Positions 37,734 to 48,068 are shown, numbered from the stretch's first letter. The stretch: 64,000 nucleotides of DNA from Bacteroidia bacterium (GCA_965279035.1 OZ257142.1:1024001-1088000), one strand, 5' to 3'. Notes: a model not told the origin generated them from the letters alone. Program-made: numbers and translations.

Positions 37734-38549
37734 ATGAGTAACAACCAGAATTCAGCGGGCAGCGGTATCGGATCTTTTTTTGCCGCAACTGTTATCCTTT
37801 CAGCAATCATCGTCAGTGTGCTGGTGTACATGTTTGTGATGGGAAGTCCAAGTAACTTTGAAGGTGGAGATCCTGTATTAGGACACCCACTTCCAGGAAA
37901 CACATTAGCTATCATTTATAAGGGAGGTTTTATTGTACCTATCTTAATGTCGATAGTAGTTATTATTCTAGCTTTTTCGATTGAGCGTTTTATGACACTT
38001 AGCAAAGCAAAAGGTCGTGGCCGTTTAAATGTATTTGTTCGCAATCTTCAAAACATGATCAACAACAATCAGTTATCTGCTGCTGTTGCTGAATGTGATA
38101 AACAAAAAGGTTCACTTGCCAATGTAATGAAAGCAGGACTTCAACGTTACTCTGCTTTGCAAACAGACACCACAATGGATAAAGAACAAAAAGTTGTTGC
38201 AATGCACAAAGAGCTTGAAGAAGCAACTGCGCTTGAACTCCCTATGCTTTCTAAAAATTTGGTTATCATTTCAACGTGTGCTTCTATTGCAACTCTTGTT
38301 GGATTGATTGGAACTGTACTCGGAATGATTAAAGCATTCTCGGCTCTTGCTCAAGCAGGTGCTCCGGATGCAGTTGCCCTAGCAAATGGTATCTCTGAAG
38401 CCTTGATCAATACCGCACTTGGAATCTCAGGTTCTACGATTGCCATCATTATGTACAACTATTTTACTACTCAAATCGATTCTCTTACATATAAAATTGA
38501 TGAGTCGGGATACAGCCTTGTTTCAACTTTTGAATCAAGTACAAAATAA
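37734..38549 (+). CDS. exbB: MotA/TolQ/ExbB proton channel protein
   Basis: ATLVGLIGTVLGMIKAF, GISEALINTALG. Confidence 0.92.
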   Translation: MSNNQNSAGSGIGSFFAATVILSAIIVSVLVYMFVMGSPSNFEGGDPVLGHPLPGNTLAIIYKGGFIVPILMSIVVIILAFSIERFMTLSKAKGRGRLNVFVRNLQNMINNNQLSAAVAECDKQKGSLANVMKAGLQRYSALQTDTTMDKEQKVVAMHKELEEATALELPMLSKNLVIISTCASIATLVGLIGTVLGMIKAFSALAQAGAPDAVALANGISEALINTALGISGSTIAIIMYNYFTTQIDSLTYKIDESGYSLVSTFESSTK

Positions 38550-38572
38550 TTTCATTCAGCAAAAGCTAGGAT

Positions 38573-39181
38573 ATGCCTAAAATAAAAATGCCGAAAAACA
38601 GTCCGTCCATCGACATGACGCCGATGGTGGATTTGGCTTTTCTGCTGGTAACCTTCTTTATGTTGATTTCTCAATTCCGCGCCGAAGAAGCTGCGGTGAT
38701 CGATATGCCATCATCTGTTTCGGATTTAAAAATTCCGGATAAAGACATAATGATGATTCTTGTTGACAAGAAAGATCACGTATTCTTTACTATTACCGGC
38801 CAGGAAACTCGTCTCAAAGTTCTTGAGAAGATGGGCGAAAAGTACAAAGTCGTTTTTACCGAAGAGCAGAAGAAAGAGTTCTCCAACATGGCTTCTTTTG
38901 GAATGCCTATGAGTCAGATGAAAGAATATTTGGCTGCAGGAAGTACTGAACGTAAGAAGCTTCAAGAGAAATCGAATGGAATTCCAACCGACTCTACAGC
39001 CTGTGAATTATGCGATTGGGTTTATTATGGTCGATTGGCGGCTATTAAATATCGTGTTGCAATCAAAGGTGACCAAGAGAGTTCCTACCCGACCATTCGT
39101 CGAGTAATGGACATTCTTCAAGATAAGAAGGTGAACAGGTTTAACCTGATTACCAATATGGAAACCGGCCCTACTGAATAA
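38573..39181 (+). CDS. exbD: ExbD/TolR protein
   Basis: IDMTPMVDLAFLLVTFFM. Confidence 0.9.
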   Translation: MPKIKMPKNSPSIDMTPMVDLAFLLVTFFMLISQFRAEEAAVIDMPSSVSDLKIPDKDIMMILVDKKDHVFFTITGQETRLKVLEKMGEKYKVVFTEEQKKEFSNMASFGMPMSQMKEYLAAGSTERKKLQEKSNGIPTDSTACELCDWVYYGRLAAIKYRVAIKGDQESSYPTIRRVMDILQDKKVNRFNLITNMETGPTE

Positions 39182-39232
39182 TACATGAACCTTTTTCTCC
39201 GTTAGTAATAACGGTACTAAAATATACACACC

Positions 39233-39886
39233 ATGGCAGAAGTAAATACCGGCGATGACGGTGGTGGCAAAAAGAAGCACGGGAAGCAACGTGCTAAAAA
39301 ATCCTCTACCCGAATCGACATGACCCCAATGGTTGACCTTGGGTTCCTGCTTTTAACTTTCTTTATTCTGACAACGACCTTCAACAAGCCTCAAGCTATG
39401 GAGATCAATATGCCAGTAAAAGATAAAATTGAAGAAGATCAAAAAAATAAAGTACCTGCAGAACACACATTAAGTCTGTTATTGACTGATAAAAATGTAG
39501 TGTATTGGTATTTTGGAGTTGCCGATCCATCTAAACCACTTCCATCACTTACTAAGACAAATTATAGTAAAGATGGAATTCGCAAATTGCTGATTGCAGA
39601 AAACAACAAACGTCATAATGCATTCAATCAAATTGAAGATTGGAAGAAAGAACTTGCTGAGAAGAAGATTACGGAAGATGAGTTTATTGAGAAGAAGAAA
39701 GTATTTCACAAGCAATATGCTATATCTAGTTTAATTGTACTTCTTAAACCGGATAAAGAGTCGAATTACAAGAACATTGTAGACGCTTTAGATGAAATGG
39801 CAATTTGTAATATTGGCAGTTATGCGCTTCTTGAATCGAATGATTTAGAGAATCAGATGATTGCAAATGCTAACACTTATAAATAA
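39233..39886 (+). CDS. exbD: ExbD/TolR protein (second paralogue)
   Basis: IDMTPMVDLGFLLLTFFIL; YKNIVDALDEM. Confidence 0.9.
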   Translation: MAEVNTGDDGGGKKKHGKQRAKKSSTRIDMTPMVDLGFLLLTFFILTTTFNKPQAMEINMPVKDKIEEDQKNKVPAEHTLSLLLTDKNVVYWYFGVADPSKPLPSLTKTNYSKDGIRKLLIAENNKRHNAFNQIEDWKKELAEKKITEDEFIEKKKVFHKQYAISSLIVLLKPDKESNYKNIVDALDEMAICNIGSYALLESNDLENQMIANANTYK

Positions 39887-39903
39887 TTCAAACGAAAAGA
39901 GAT

Positions 39904-40695
39904 ATGGCAGAGCAACTAGCCGTCAAGCCGTTTGACGAAATTGTATTCGAGCACCGAAATAAAGAGTATGGTGCTTATGAATTGCGTAAACGCTACGACA
40001 AGCACATGAATATCGCATTTTTGATAGCGATTAGTGTATTTGTTATTAGTGTGAGTATTCCGGCAATCATGGATTTCTTGGATAAATTGGCTCCCGTAGA
40101 AGCCCCAACCAATGTAGAATTGACTTTGGCTGATGCTCCTCCATTGGATAAAGATGAGCCACCACCACCACCACCACCACCAGATCCTCCACCACCTGTT
40201 CAAGAGACGATTAAATTTACTCCGCCCGTGGTAACAGAGGAACCTATCGATGAAAAAGATATTCCTCCGCCACAGGATGAAATTAAAGTTCAGACAGGAA
40301 CTGAAACCAAAGAAGGTAATGGAGTTATTGAATTACCTACTGATGGAAATGGGAATGATGAATTTGATGAACAAGCACAACAAATATTCACCATTGTTGA
40401 GGTTATGCCTGAGTTTCAAGGAGGCGAAGAAAAGCTTTTTGAATATTTAGGAAAGAATATCAAGTATCCAGCAATGGCTCGTGAAAATGGGATTACGGGT
40501 ACGGTTTACGTAACATTTGTTGTTGAAGGAAATGGTGAAATTTCTGACGTAAAGAAACTTCGCGGAATTGGCGGAGGATGTGACGAAGAAGCAATTCGTG
40601 TTGTAAAATCAATGCCTTCTTGGAAACCAGGAAAGCAAAACGGAAAGCCTGTTCGTGTTCAATATAATTTACCGATCAAGTTTACTTTGCGTTAA
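39904..40695 (+). CDS. tonB: TonB energy transducer
   Basis: RNKEYGAYELR, TM anchor, polyproline spacer, C-terminal YP..ARE.GI.G.V.V.F...WKPG.QNG..VRV. Confidence 0.92.
   Translation: MAEQLAVKPFDEIVFEHRNKEYGAYELRKRYDKHMNIAFLIAISVFVISVSIPAIMDFLDKLAPVEAPTNVELTLADAPPLDKDEPPPPPPPPDPPPPVQETIKFTPPVVTEEPIDEKDIPPPQDEIKVQTGTETKEGNGVIELPTDGNGNDEFDEQAQQIFTIVEVMPEFQGGEEKLFEYLGKNIKYPAMARENGITGTVYVTFVVEGNGEISDVKKLRGIGGGCDEEAIRVVKSMPSWKPGKQNGKPVRVQYNLPIKFTLR
40159..40182 (+). repeat. (CCA)8 trinucleotide repeat encoding Pro8
   Basis: Eight perfect CCA units in frame in tonB. Confidence 0.95.
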
Positions 40696-40726
40696 TACAA
40701 TTCATTTGAATAAATTATTTCGGGTA

Positions 40727-40903
40727 ATGGGCCTTGTGGTGATTGTTATATACATCATCATTGGCTCATTACTTATTTTTACAAACTACTTTACAATTGT
40801 TCCAGAAGAATACAGAACATTATCTGGTTGGGTAGTTTTAATGTATGGTATTTTAAGAGGAGTTCGCGTTTTAACAAGCAAATCAAACACAGAAACTGAA
40901 TGA
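40727..40903 (+). CDS. Small two-TM membrane protein in the tonB operon
   Basis: Two hydrophobic helices, YG..R motif, ATGA overlap with the next gene; start may instead be TTG 40706. Confidence 0.6.
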   Translation: MGLVVIVIYIIIGSLLIFTNYFTIVPEEYRTLSGWVVLMYGILRGVRVLTSKSNTETE

Positions 40904-41841
40904 TTTATTTTTTGAAATTAGCATCATTTGTATCACTGACTGCTGTATTATTTTGTTCTTGTGGCAGTTCAACTGATGCATTAACTCAGGAAACAACAAC
41001 TCGTGGAAACATTCGAATTGGAGTGGATGATTCATACCGTTTATTGTTAGATACAGAAATTGCGACTTTTCAATCTCTTTATCCTAATGCGAAGATCAAC
41101 CCGACATATGGTTCTGAGGATGATTTAATGGAGCTCTTTATGAAGGATTCTTTGCGAGCAATCGTTACGAGTCGTGATTTAACTCAAAAGGAAAAGGATT
41201 ATTTTAAATCCAATAAGTTGTTTCCGAAAGTAACGAAGGTGTGTGTTGATGGACTAGCTTTTATTGTCAATAGAACGAATCCAGATTCTACCTTCTCTTA
41301 TTCGGAATTGAAAAAGCTTTTTACCCAGAATCCTACGAGTTGGAAAGATGTTAAAGGATCATCGGCCGAAAAACTGAGTATCGTTTTCGACAATCCAAAT
41401 TCTGGAAATGCTCGTTATTTAAGGGAATTGTTTAAGCTTGAAAAATTACCATCGATATGTACTGCTGTTAAGTCGAATGAAGAAGTAGTAAAGTATGTTG
41501 AACAAAATCCATGGTCAATTGGAATTATTTCTTCAAACTGGATAAGTGATACTGAAGATTCTGTTTCGGGCGATTTTCTAAAACGCATACGTGTGGTTGG
41601 AGTTTCCTCCGAAATCGACTCGGAAGCAGTTTTGGGATATACTCAACCTTATCAAGGATATTTGGCTGATAAATCTTATCCTTTTCGACGGGATGTTTAT
41701 TATATCAACAGAGAAGTTGGAACCCGCCTTGGCACAGGCTTTGCCTCGTTTTTTGCAGGTGATAAAGGACAACGAATTGTTTTAAAATCAGGGCTTGTTC
41801 CTGCTTTTGGAGTTGTTCGATTAATTGATGCCGGAAATTAA
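40900..41841 (+). CDS. PstS-like substrate-binding lipoprotein
   Basis: Lipobox FCSC; TT.G.I.I.VD, DGLAFIVN, FDNPNSG, YPF.R. Confidence 0.8.
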   Translation: MIYFLKLASFVSLTAVLFCSCGSSTDALTQETTTRGNIRIGVDDSYRLLLDTEIATFQSLYPNAKINPTYGSEDDLMELFMKDSLRAIVTSRDLTQKEKDYFKSNKLFPKVTKVCVDGLAFIVNRTNPDSTFSYSELKKLFTQNPTSWKDVKGSSAEKLSIVFDNPNSGNARYLRELFKLEKLPSICTAVKSNEEVVKYVEQNPWSIGIISSNWISDTEDSVSGDFLKRIRVVGVSSEIDSEAVLGYTQPYQGYLADKSYPFRRDVYYINREVGTRLGTGFASFFAGDKGQRIVLKSGLVPAFGVVRLIDAGN

Positions 41842-41872
41842 TTCATCATTTTTATTTTTTAGATACCAAGTC

Positions 41873-43462
41873 ATGACTCGATTCCTTTTGATTTTCGCTT
41901 TTTTAGGAATGACATTTATTTTAAATGCTCAAACGTTAGAAGAAGCTAAACGTCTAACATTGAATGAACAAAATGAAGAAGCCAGTACTGTATTTAGGCA
42001 GTTGGTTTCGAAATTTCCTAATAAAGGGGATTATTGGTTTTACTTTGGGGAGAACTTATTGAAGTCAGACAATCTAGATTCTGCTAAAACTCTCTATACA
42101 CTGGGTGTTCAAAATGAACCAACTAATCCTTTGAACTTTGTTGGATTAGGAAAGATTGCCAAACTAGAAGGGAATAAAGAGCAATCAGCACAACAATTTT
42201 CAAAAGCAATCCAATTAGGAGCAGGAAAAAATGCAGAAGTATTAATCCGAACTGCAGAAGCCTATATTTCAATTGATCCTAAGGATTTAACTCAAGCATT
42301 TACCTTGTTGAAGGAAGCAGAGAAACTGCAACTTCGAAATCCTGAAATTCAAATTTTAAATGGTGATGCTTTTTTAGAAAACAATGATGGCTCAAGTGCT
42401 GTGAAATTTTACGAAAAGGCACAAGCCTTAGATCCAAAATCTCCTCAAGCGATGTTACGTCTTGGTCAACTTTGGGTGAGAGCACGTAATTATGTTGGAA
42501 AGGACGGGGAAAAAGGTGCATTAGAATACTATCAAGATGCAATAAAAATTGATTCATCATTTGCACCTGCATACAGAGAATTAGGTGAGTTGTATGGAAA
42601 AGCACAACGCTATGAAGAAGCGAAAAAGAATTATGCAAAATACTTAGAGCTTTCTAAAGGGAATACAGGTTCTCGTATTCGTTATGCTTCATTTTTATAT
42701 GCAACAAAAGAGTATAAAGAAGCATTAAATGTGATTAATACTGTTTGGCAAACTGATACATCTCGTGTATTGTTATATCGTTTAGCAGCATATTCGTCAT
42801 ATGAAACGAAAGATTACGTGAATGGTATAAAGTACATTGAGAAGTTTTTTAATCGTCAAATTGAAAGCAAATTGTTAGCGAAAGATTTCGCTTATTATGG
42901 AAGGTTGTTATCTGCAAATGGTCAAGATTCCTTGGCAATTGAAAAGTTGAATACAGCCTATTCTCGAGACACTGCGGCAAATGATTTACTTACTGATATT
43001 GCTTCCGTGTATTCTAAAATGAAGCGGTATAATGAGGCTGCTCAGGCTTATGAAAAGAAAATCGCCCTAACAAAACCATCATCAAAAGATTACCATTTGT
43101 TGGGTATTACGTATTATAAAATGAATGAATTTGGAAAAGCAGATACTGCATTTTCGAAAGTCAATGAGATTTCTCCCAAGTTTGTTCAAGGTTTTGATTG
43201 GAGAGGAAGAGCTCAAAGTAGTTTGGATCCAGATTCGAAAGCAGGGTTAGCAAAAGCTTCGTTTGAACAAGTTGTTTTATTAGCCGAACCCGATTCTGTA
43301 AAATACGCTAAGGAGTTGATAAGCGCTTATCGATATCTTGGGTATTATTACTACATCAACAAGGACTATACGAATTCTCGTATTTGGTGGGAAAAAGTAA
43401 AAGCAATAGATCCTTTAGATAAGCAAGCAAACGATGCTTTAGCTGATATGAAGGGCAAATAA
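41873..43462 (+). CDS. Periplasmic tetratricopeptide-repeat protein
   Basis: Signal peptide from ATG 41873; multiple TPR repeats. Confidence 0.85.
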   Translation: MTRFLLIFAFLGMTFILNAQTLEEAKRLTLNEQNEEASTVFRQLVSKFPNKGDYWFYFGENLLKSDNLDSAKTLYTLGVQNEPTNPLNFVGLGKIAKLEGNKEQSAQQFSKAIQLGAGKNAEVLIRTAEAYISIDPKDLTQAFTLLKEAEKLQLRNPEIQILNGDAFLENNDGSSAVKFYEKAQALDPKSPQAMLRLGQLWVRARNYVGKDGEKGALEYYQDAIKIDSSFAPAYRELGELYGKAQRYEEAKKNYAKYLELSKGNTGSRIRYASFLYATKEYKEALNVINTVWQTDTSRVLLYRLAAYSSYETKDYVNGIKYIEKFFNRQIESKLLAKDFAYYGRLLSANGQDSLAIEKLNTAYSRDTAANDLLTDIASVYSKMKRYNEAAQAYEKKIALTKPSSKDYHLLGITYYKMNEFGKADTAFSKVNEISPKFVQGFDWRGRAQSSLDPDSKAGLAKASFEQVVLLAEPDSVKYAKELISAYRYLGYYYYINKDYTNSRIWWEKVKAIDPLDKQANDALADMKGK

Positions 43463-43474
43463 TTAAGAAACCAT

Positions 43475-43507
43475 AAAAAAACCGGAGATAAAATCTCCGG
43501 TTTTTTT
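43475..43507. terminator. Bidirectional intrinsic terminator
   Basis: AAAAAAACCGGAGAT-AAA-ATCTCCGGTTTTTTT between convergent genes. Confidence 0.88.
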
Positions 43508-43510
43508 ATT

Positions 43511-44002
43511 TCATGACTTCATGTTTTGGAACTGAAGAGGAATACCAACATCTGCTGTTCGAAGAAAAGCCATCGTTTGTTGAAGGTCATCAATTTTTTT
43601 ACCTGAAACTCGCAATTGATCATCCATGATTTGAGCTTGAACCTTTAGTCCGGAATCTTTGATGATTTTGGCAATTTTCCTTGAGCTATCTTTATCGATA
43701 CCTTGTTTTATAATAATGTCTTTTCTAACCATGTTTCCTGAAGCATATTGCTTTTTCCCGAAATCCATGCAGTTAGGATCGATTTTCTGTTTAATGAGTC
43801 GAGAACGAACAACATCCTCCACTGCTGTTATTCTCATTTCATTTTCTGTTAGAATATGAACTATTAAAGTTTTCTTATCCAGATCTATTTCAGTTTTAGA
43901 ATCTCGAAAATCAAAACGTGTAGTAATCTCTTTTGTAGCAGCATTTATAGCATTGTCGAGTGTTTGTAAGTCAACTTTGCTAACGATATCGAATGAAGGC
44001 AT
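43511..44002 (-). CDS. yajQ: YajQ-family nucleotide-binding protein
   Basis: MPSFDIVSK, RFDF, KVQAQI..DQLRVSGKKIDDLQ, LQF.N. Confidence 0.95.
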   Translation of the reverse strand: MPSFDIVSKVDLQTLDNAINAATKEITTRFDFRDSKTEIDLDKKTLIVHILTENEMRITAVEDVVRSRLIKQKIDPNCMDFGKKQYASGNMVRKDIIIKQGIDKDSSRKIAKIIKDSGLKVQAQIMDDQLRVSGKKIDDLQQTMAFLRTADVGIPLQFQNMKS

Positions 44003-44151
44003 ATCCTTATTTTGAATTCTATGCGAATGTATGAATTGTCATGTATTTGAAATACTGCATTAAAACATGCCAAGAAAAAACGCTACACTGTTAGGATGTT
44101 TAAAAAATATTTTATCTTTGCGTCCCTTAAAACAATAAAGAATTACAACCG

Positions 44152-44346
44152 ATGCTAATCATTCCTGTTAAAGAAGGCGAATCAATTGAAAAAGCGCTGA
44201 AGAAATTTAAGCGTAAAGTGGAAAAAACTGGCCTCATTAAAAATCTTCGTGAGCGTCAAAAATTCACAAAACCTTCTATCGTTCGTCGCGAGGAAATTAA
44301 AAAAGCGATTTACAGCGCTCAATTTAAAACAAATCAAGAAGCTTAA
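44152..44346 (+). CDS. rpsU: 30S ribosomal protein bS21
   Basis: ESIEKALKKFKRK, LRERQKFTKPS; -7 TATCTTTG at 44113-44120. Confidence 0.96.
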   Translation: MLIIPVKEGESIEKALKKFKRKVEKTGLIKNLRERQKFTKPSIVRREEIKKAIYSAQFKTNQEA

Positions 44347-44368
44347 TTAAGCTTTCATTATACTATTC

Positions 44369-44401
44369 AAGGGATTCTTCTTCGGGGGAATCCCTTTTTT
44401 T
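44369..44401 (+). terminator. Intrinsic terminator after rpsU
   Basis: AAGGGATTCTTC-TTCG-GGGGAATCCCTTTTTT. Confidence 0.85.
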
Positions 44402-44471
44402 GTTGATAATCGTGTTCTTTCTTTTGCGTTACAATAATAAATGTTGTTCAACGAGATATTAATTTTCTGAA

Positions 44472-45353
44472 ATGGAAGCAATTGCTCAATTCATCGAATA
44501 TTTAAAGTTTGAAAAACGATATTCTCGTCATTCTTTGATAGCATATGAAGGTGATTTACGACAATGGGCAGCTTATCTTAAAATCACTTATGAAGTTGAC
44601 AAATTAGACGAGGTCAATGCTCTATATATTCGTTCTTGGCTTGTTAGTAGGATGGAAGAGGGGCTTGATCCACGAAGTATTAATCGGAAAATTACAGCTT
44701 TAAAGTCTTTCTATAAATATGCAATTCGATTAGGTTGGGTTAAAATCAATCCTATGGGGAAGATTAGTTCTCCTAAAGTTTCGAAGAAATTGCCTGTTTA
44801 TGTTGAAGCTGAGAAACTAGATTTACTGCTTGACCATGCATTATTTGAAGATGATTTCAATGGTAAAAGAGACCATTTAATTCTTGAATTATTTTATGGA
44901 ACTGGAATGCGTCTTTCTGAGTTAATTGGTTTGTCTATCGTTGATATAGATATTCGAAATCAACAATTGAAAGTAACAGGTAAACGGAATAAACAAAGAA
45001 TAATTCCACTATTTCCAGCTTTGACAGAGAAAATTTCAAACTATCTAAATGATAGAAACGCTATTTCAACACCGCATTCAATTTTACTTATTTCAGAAGA
45101 AGGAAAATCGCTTTATCCAATTCAAGTTTATCGATTAGTAAATAAGTATTTAGCTTCTGTTAGCACACAAAAGAAAAAGAGTCCTCATGTGTTGCGTCAT
45201 TCGTTTGCAACAGAAATGCTAAATAAAGGCGCTGATTTGAATGCTATTAAGGAAATACTCGGACACGCCAATTTAAGTGCTACACAAGTGTATACTCATA
45301 ATACAATTGAAAAGCTAAAAACGGCTTATAAACAGGCTCATCCGAGAGCATAA
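44472..45353 (+). CDS. xerC: Tyrosine recombinase XerC
   Basis: GMRLSE, VTGKRNKQR, HVLRHSFAT, LGH, TQVYTH; rpsU-xerC synteny typical of Bacteroidota. Confidence 0.88.
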   Translation: MEAIAQFIEYLKFEKRYSRHSLIAYEGDLRQWAAYLKITYEVDKLDEVNALYIRSWLVSRMEEGLDPRSINRKITALKSFYKYAIRLGWVKINPMGKISSPKVSKKLPVYVEAEKLDLLLDHALFEDDFNGKRDHLILELFYGTGMRLSELIGLSIVDIDIRNQQLKVTGKRNKQRIIPLFPALTEKISNYLNDRNAISTPHSILLISEEGKSLYPIQVYRLVNKYLASVSTQKKKSPHVLRHSFATEMLNKGADLNAIKEILGHANLSATQVYTHNTIEKLKTAYKQAHPRA

Positions 45354-45360
45354 GAACAAA

Positions 45361-45379
45361 CTGTTAAGGAATTGTTAAG
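45361..45379 (+). promoter_or_regulatory. Putative Pho-box-like direct repeat
   Basis: TGTTAAG-GAAT-TGTTAAG, 11-bp period, about 40 nt upstream of the phosphate transporter. Confidence 0.55.
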
Positions 45380-45417
45380 CACCAAAATAGTTTAAAATTT
45401 GGGTTAGTTTCGTTTCT

Positions 45418-46824
45418 ATGTTTGGACTCGACCTAAACCTTACCATTCTTCTCATTATATGCATTTTATGTGCATGTGTTTTTGAATTTATTAATGGTTT
45501 TCATGATACAGCTAATGCTGTAGCAACAGTAATTTATACTAAGTCATTAAAACCTTTTCAATCTGTTATTCTTTCGGGAGTGATGAATTCTGTTGGTGTA
45601 TTTGCAGGTGGTATTGCAGTTGCCATGGGGATTGTAAATCTTCTTCCACCGGAATCTTTAGTTAATCAGGAAGTAGGTCAAAATGTTGCGTTGATATTAG
45701 CTTTATTATTTTCTGCCATCATCTGGAATTTAGGGACTTGGTGGATGGGAATTCCCGCATCAAGTTCACACACTTTGATTGGATCTATTTTAGGCGTAGG
45801 AGTTGTGTTTTCACTTACTTCAGCCAACGGCGATTTATCGGGTGTTAATTGGTCAAAAGCTTCCAATATTGGTTTGTCTTTACTTATTTCTCCATTGCTT
45901 GGATTTGGATTAACGATGCTTTCCATGAGCTTACTTAAGCGTTTCATGAAAGATCAAGCAATTTTTAAAGCACCTGAAGGAGAAAAACCACCTAAAAACT
46001 GGATACGTGGATTATTGATAGCCAGTTGTGCTGGCTTGAGCTTTACACATGGTTCGAATGATGGTCAAAAAGGTGTTGGCTTGATTATGTTGATTTTAAT
46101 CAGTATTGCACCTATGCATTTTGCAATGGATTCAAGCAGGGATTTATTTCAAATGGAAATTCATTCGAGGAAAGCTCTAGAAACAGTTATTCTATTAGAT
46201 GAAGTTCAATTAAAGCCAATAGATCGAGCAATTGCCAATCAAATTAAAGCTGAATTATTTGATATAAGTCAGGTGTTTGACAGACATAGAAATGAAAAAA
46301 AAATCCCCCAAGCAGAGAGTTTTAGTTTAAGAAAAGACATATTGTTTATAGCTGTCCATATTCAAAAATTGAAGGTTGCAGGTGCATTAAAAACCTTAGG
46401 GCATGAACAAATAAAATCTTTAGAATTATCGGTAAAAGAGATGAAGTCCTATACTGAGTATGCTCCTAGTTGGGTTATTCTAATTATTTCATTAAGCCTT
46501 GGTATAGGAACTATGGTTGGCTGGAAACGAATTGTTGTAACCATTGGAGAGAAAATAGGCAAAGAGAACTTAACGTATGCGCAAGGAGCAAGCGCTGGAT
46601 TTGTTTCGGCAGCAACAATTTGGGTAGCAAGTTTAACCGGTTTGCCCGTTAGTACAACCCAAGTATTATCTTCTGGTATTGCAGGAAGTATGGTTTCTTC
46701 GAATGGAATAAAAAATCTTCAAGGTGGGACAATACGAAATATCGCCATTGCCTGGCTACTCACTTTGCCTGTAACTATGTTGCTTTCGGCAGGATTGTTT
46801 ATGTTATTCCGATACCTTTTCTGA
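45418..46824 (+). CDS. pit: PiT-family inorganic phosphate transporter
   Basis: FEFINGFHDTANAVAT, PASSSH, HGSNDGQK, GLPVSTTQ. Confidence 0.93.
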   Translation: MFGLDLNLTILLIICILCACVFEFINGFHDTANAVATVIYTKSLKPFQSVILSGVMNSVGVFAGGIAVAMGIVNLLPPESLVNQEVGQNVALILALLFSAIIWNLGTWWMGIPASSSHTLIGSILGVGVVFSLTSANGDLSGVNWSKASNIGLSLLISPLLGFGLTMLSMSLLKRFMKDQAIFKAPEGEKPPKNWIRGLLIASCAGLSFTHGSNDGQKGVGLIMLILISIAPMHFAMDSSRDLFQMEIHSRKALETVILLDEVQLKPIDRAIANQIKAELFDISQVFDRHRNEKKIPQAESFSLRKDILFIAVHIQKLKVAGALKTLGHEQIKSLELSVKEMKSYTEYAPSWVILIISLSLGIGTMVGWKRIVVTIGEKIGKENLTYAQGASAGFVSAATIWVASLTGLPVSTTQVLSSGIAGSMVSSNGIKNLQGGTIRNIAIAWLLTLPVTMLLSAGLFMLFRYLF

Positions 46825-46825
46825 T

Positions 46826-47980
46826 TTAGTCTTCTATTTCATCATCCTTTGATGCAATTTTCTGTTTTAGATGCAAACAGCTGCTCACTGGATAATGATC
46901 TGAGAATTTCTTCCGGATAACTTTAAAATAGAGAGATTCAAAAGCATCTGGTGAATAAAGTATATAATCGATTCTTAAAAATGGAATCATACCAATATAG
47001 GTTGTTCCTATCCCTGATCCGGAAGTTCTAAAAGCATCGGCAAGTCCATTTGATATTTGATGATATGCATACGAATTTGGAGTATCATTAAAATCACCGC
47101 AAACAATGATTGGATATGGACAATCTTCAATATGTTTTCGAATGATATCTGTTTGTCGAGCTCTTCTAATGAAGGCTCTTCTCATGCGAGATATAATTTT
47201 CTGTGGGCCATCTAGATCGGTTTGATCTTCATTTCCAGTGATGGTTTTTAATGCCTTATAATCTTCACGTCGAAAGCGGATTGATTCCAAATGAAGATTG
47301 TAAATTCGAAATGTATCGTTGTATGCAATTATATCGGAGAAGATTGAAATGTTATCCGTGCTATCACGAAATTGAATTATTCCTTTTTTAATTATTGGAA
47401 ATCGTGTAAACGTTGCAATTCCCCAATGATTCACGCGCTTTACTGTAGCTGTATGTTCAATATGTACATGGGATGCGGGTTGAATTTGCATAAGTGTATC
47501 TAGGGTATTGAATTTCCCTGTGTCTTCATAAAAGAACTCTTGAAAACATAAAATATCAGCTTGTTGCTTGCTGATCAAAGACATTATTTTGTTTTTCGTT
47601 TCTTTATTTTCAGTCCAATTATATAAGTCGAATAGGCGAACATTATAGGACATCACTCGCATGGTTGAATCACGTGTATTGAATCCGTTGAGTTGAATTT
47701 CATCGGGTTCAACTCTCCATTGATATAGGTCACTTACTTTAGATATTCCAAGTAAAATGATGATTGCGGAAAACATTCCACGTTTCCATTTTACCAGAAG
47801 CCAGAATAAAAGAAAAAGGATATTACTTATTAAAAGAACAGGATAGGCCAATCCCATAAAAGCAAACATCCAGAAATTTTCGGGGCTAACAAATAATGCC
47901 AAATATGAAATCCCAAGGGCCGCTACAGCCAATAAATTAAAAACAAAAATAATTCTCAGAAGGAAGTCTCGCTTTAACAC
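46826..47980 (-). CDS. Endonuclease/exonuclease/phosphatase-family membrane protein
   Basis: N-terminal TMs; MSYNV, CFQE, HLES, CGDFND, RIDYI, SDHYP. Confidence 0.88.
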   Translation of the reverse strand: MLKRDFLLRIIFVFNLLAVAALGISYLALFVSPENFWMFAFMGLAYPVLLISNILFLLFWLLVKWKRGMFSAIIILLGISKVSDLYQWRVEPDEIQLNGFNTRDSTMRVMSYNVRLFDLYNWTENKETKNKIMSLISKQQADILCFQEFFYEDTGKFNTLDTLMQIQPASHVHIEHTATVKRVNHWGIATFTRFPIIKKGIIQFRDSTDNISIFSDIIAYNDTFRIYNLHLESIRFRREDYKALKTITGNEDQTDLDGPQKIISRMRRAFIRRARQTDIIRKHIEDCPYPIIVCGDFNDTPNSYAYHQISNGLADAFRTSGSGIGTTYIGMIPFLRIDYILYSPDAFESLYFKVIRKKFSDHYPVSSCLHLKQKIASKDDEIED

Positions 47981-48068
47981 AGCAAATGGGAATTGTCAAA
48001 AATAATCAAACCAATCAAGGTTCAATGAAATTCGGTTGGAAAGAAAAATCTTCCAATACCTTTGCTCA

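Noticed and set aside
40900-41841. Complete Pst phosphate ABC transporter
   Set aside because: No pstC, pstA, pstB or phoU in the window
44472-45353. Tyrosine recombinase as the integrase of a mobile element
   Set aside because: XerC-length protein in the usual rpsU-xerC context; no att repeats, phage or conjugation genes nearby
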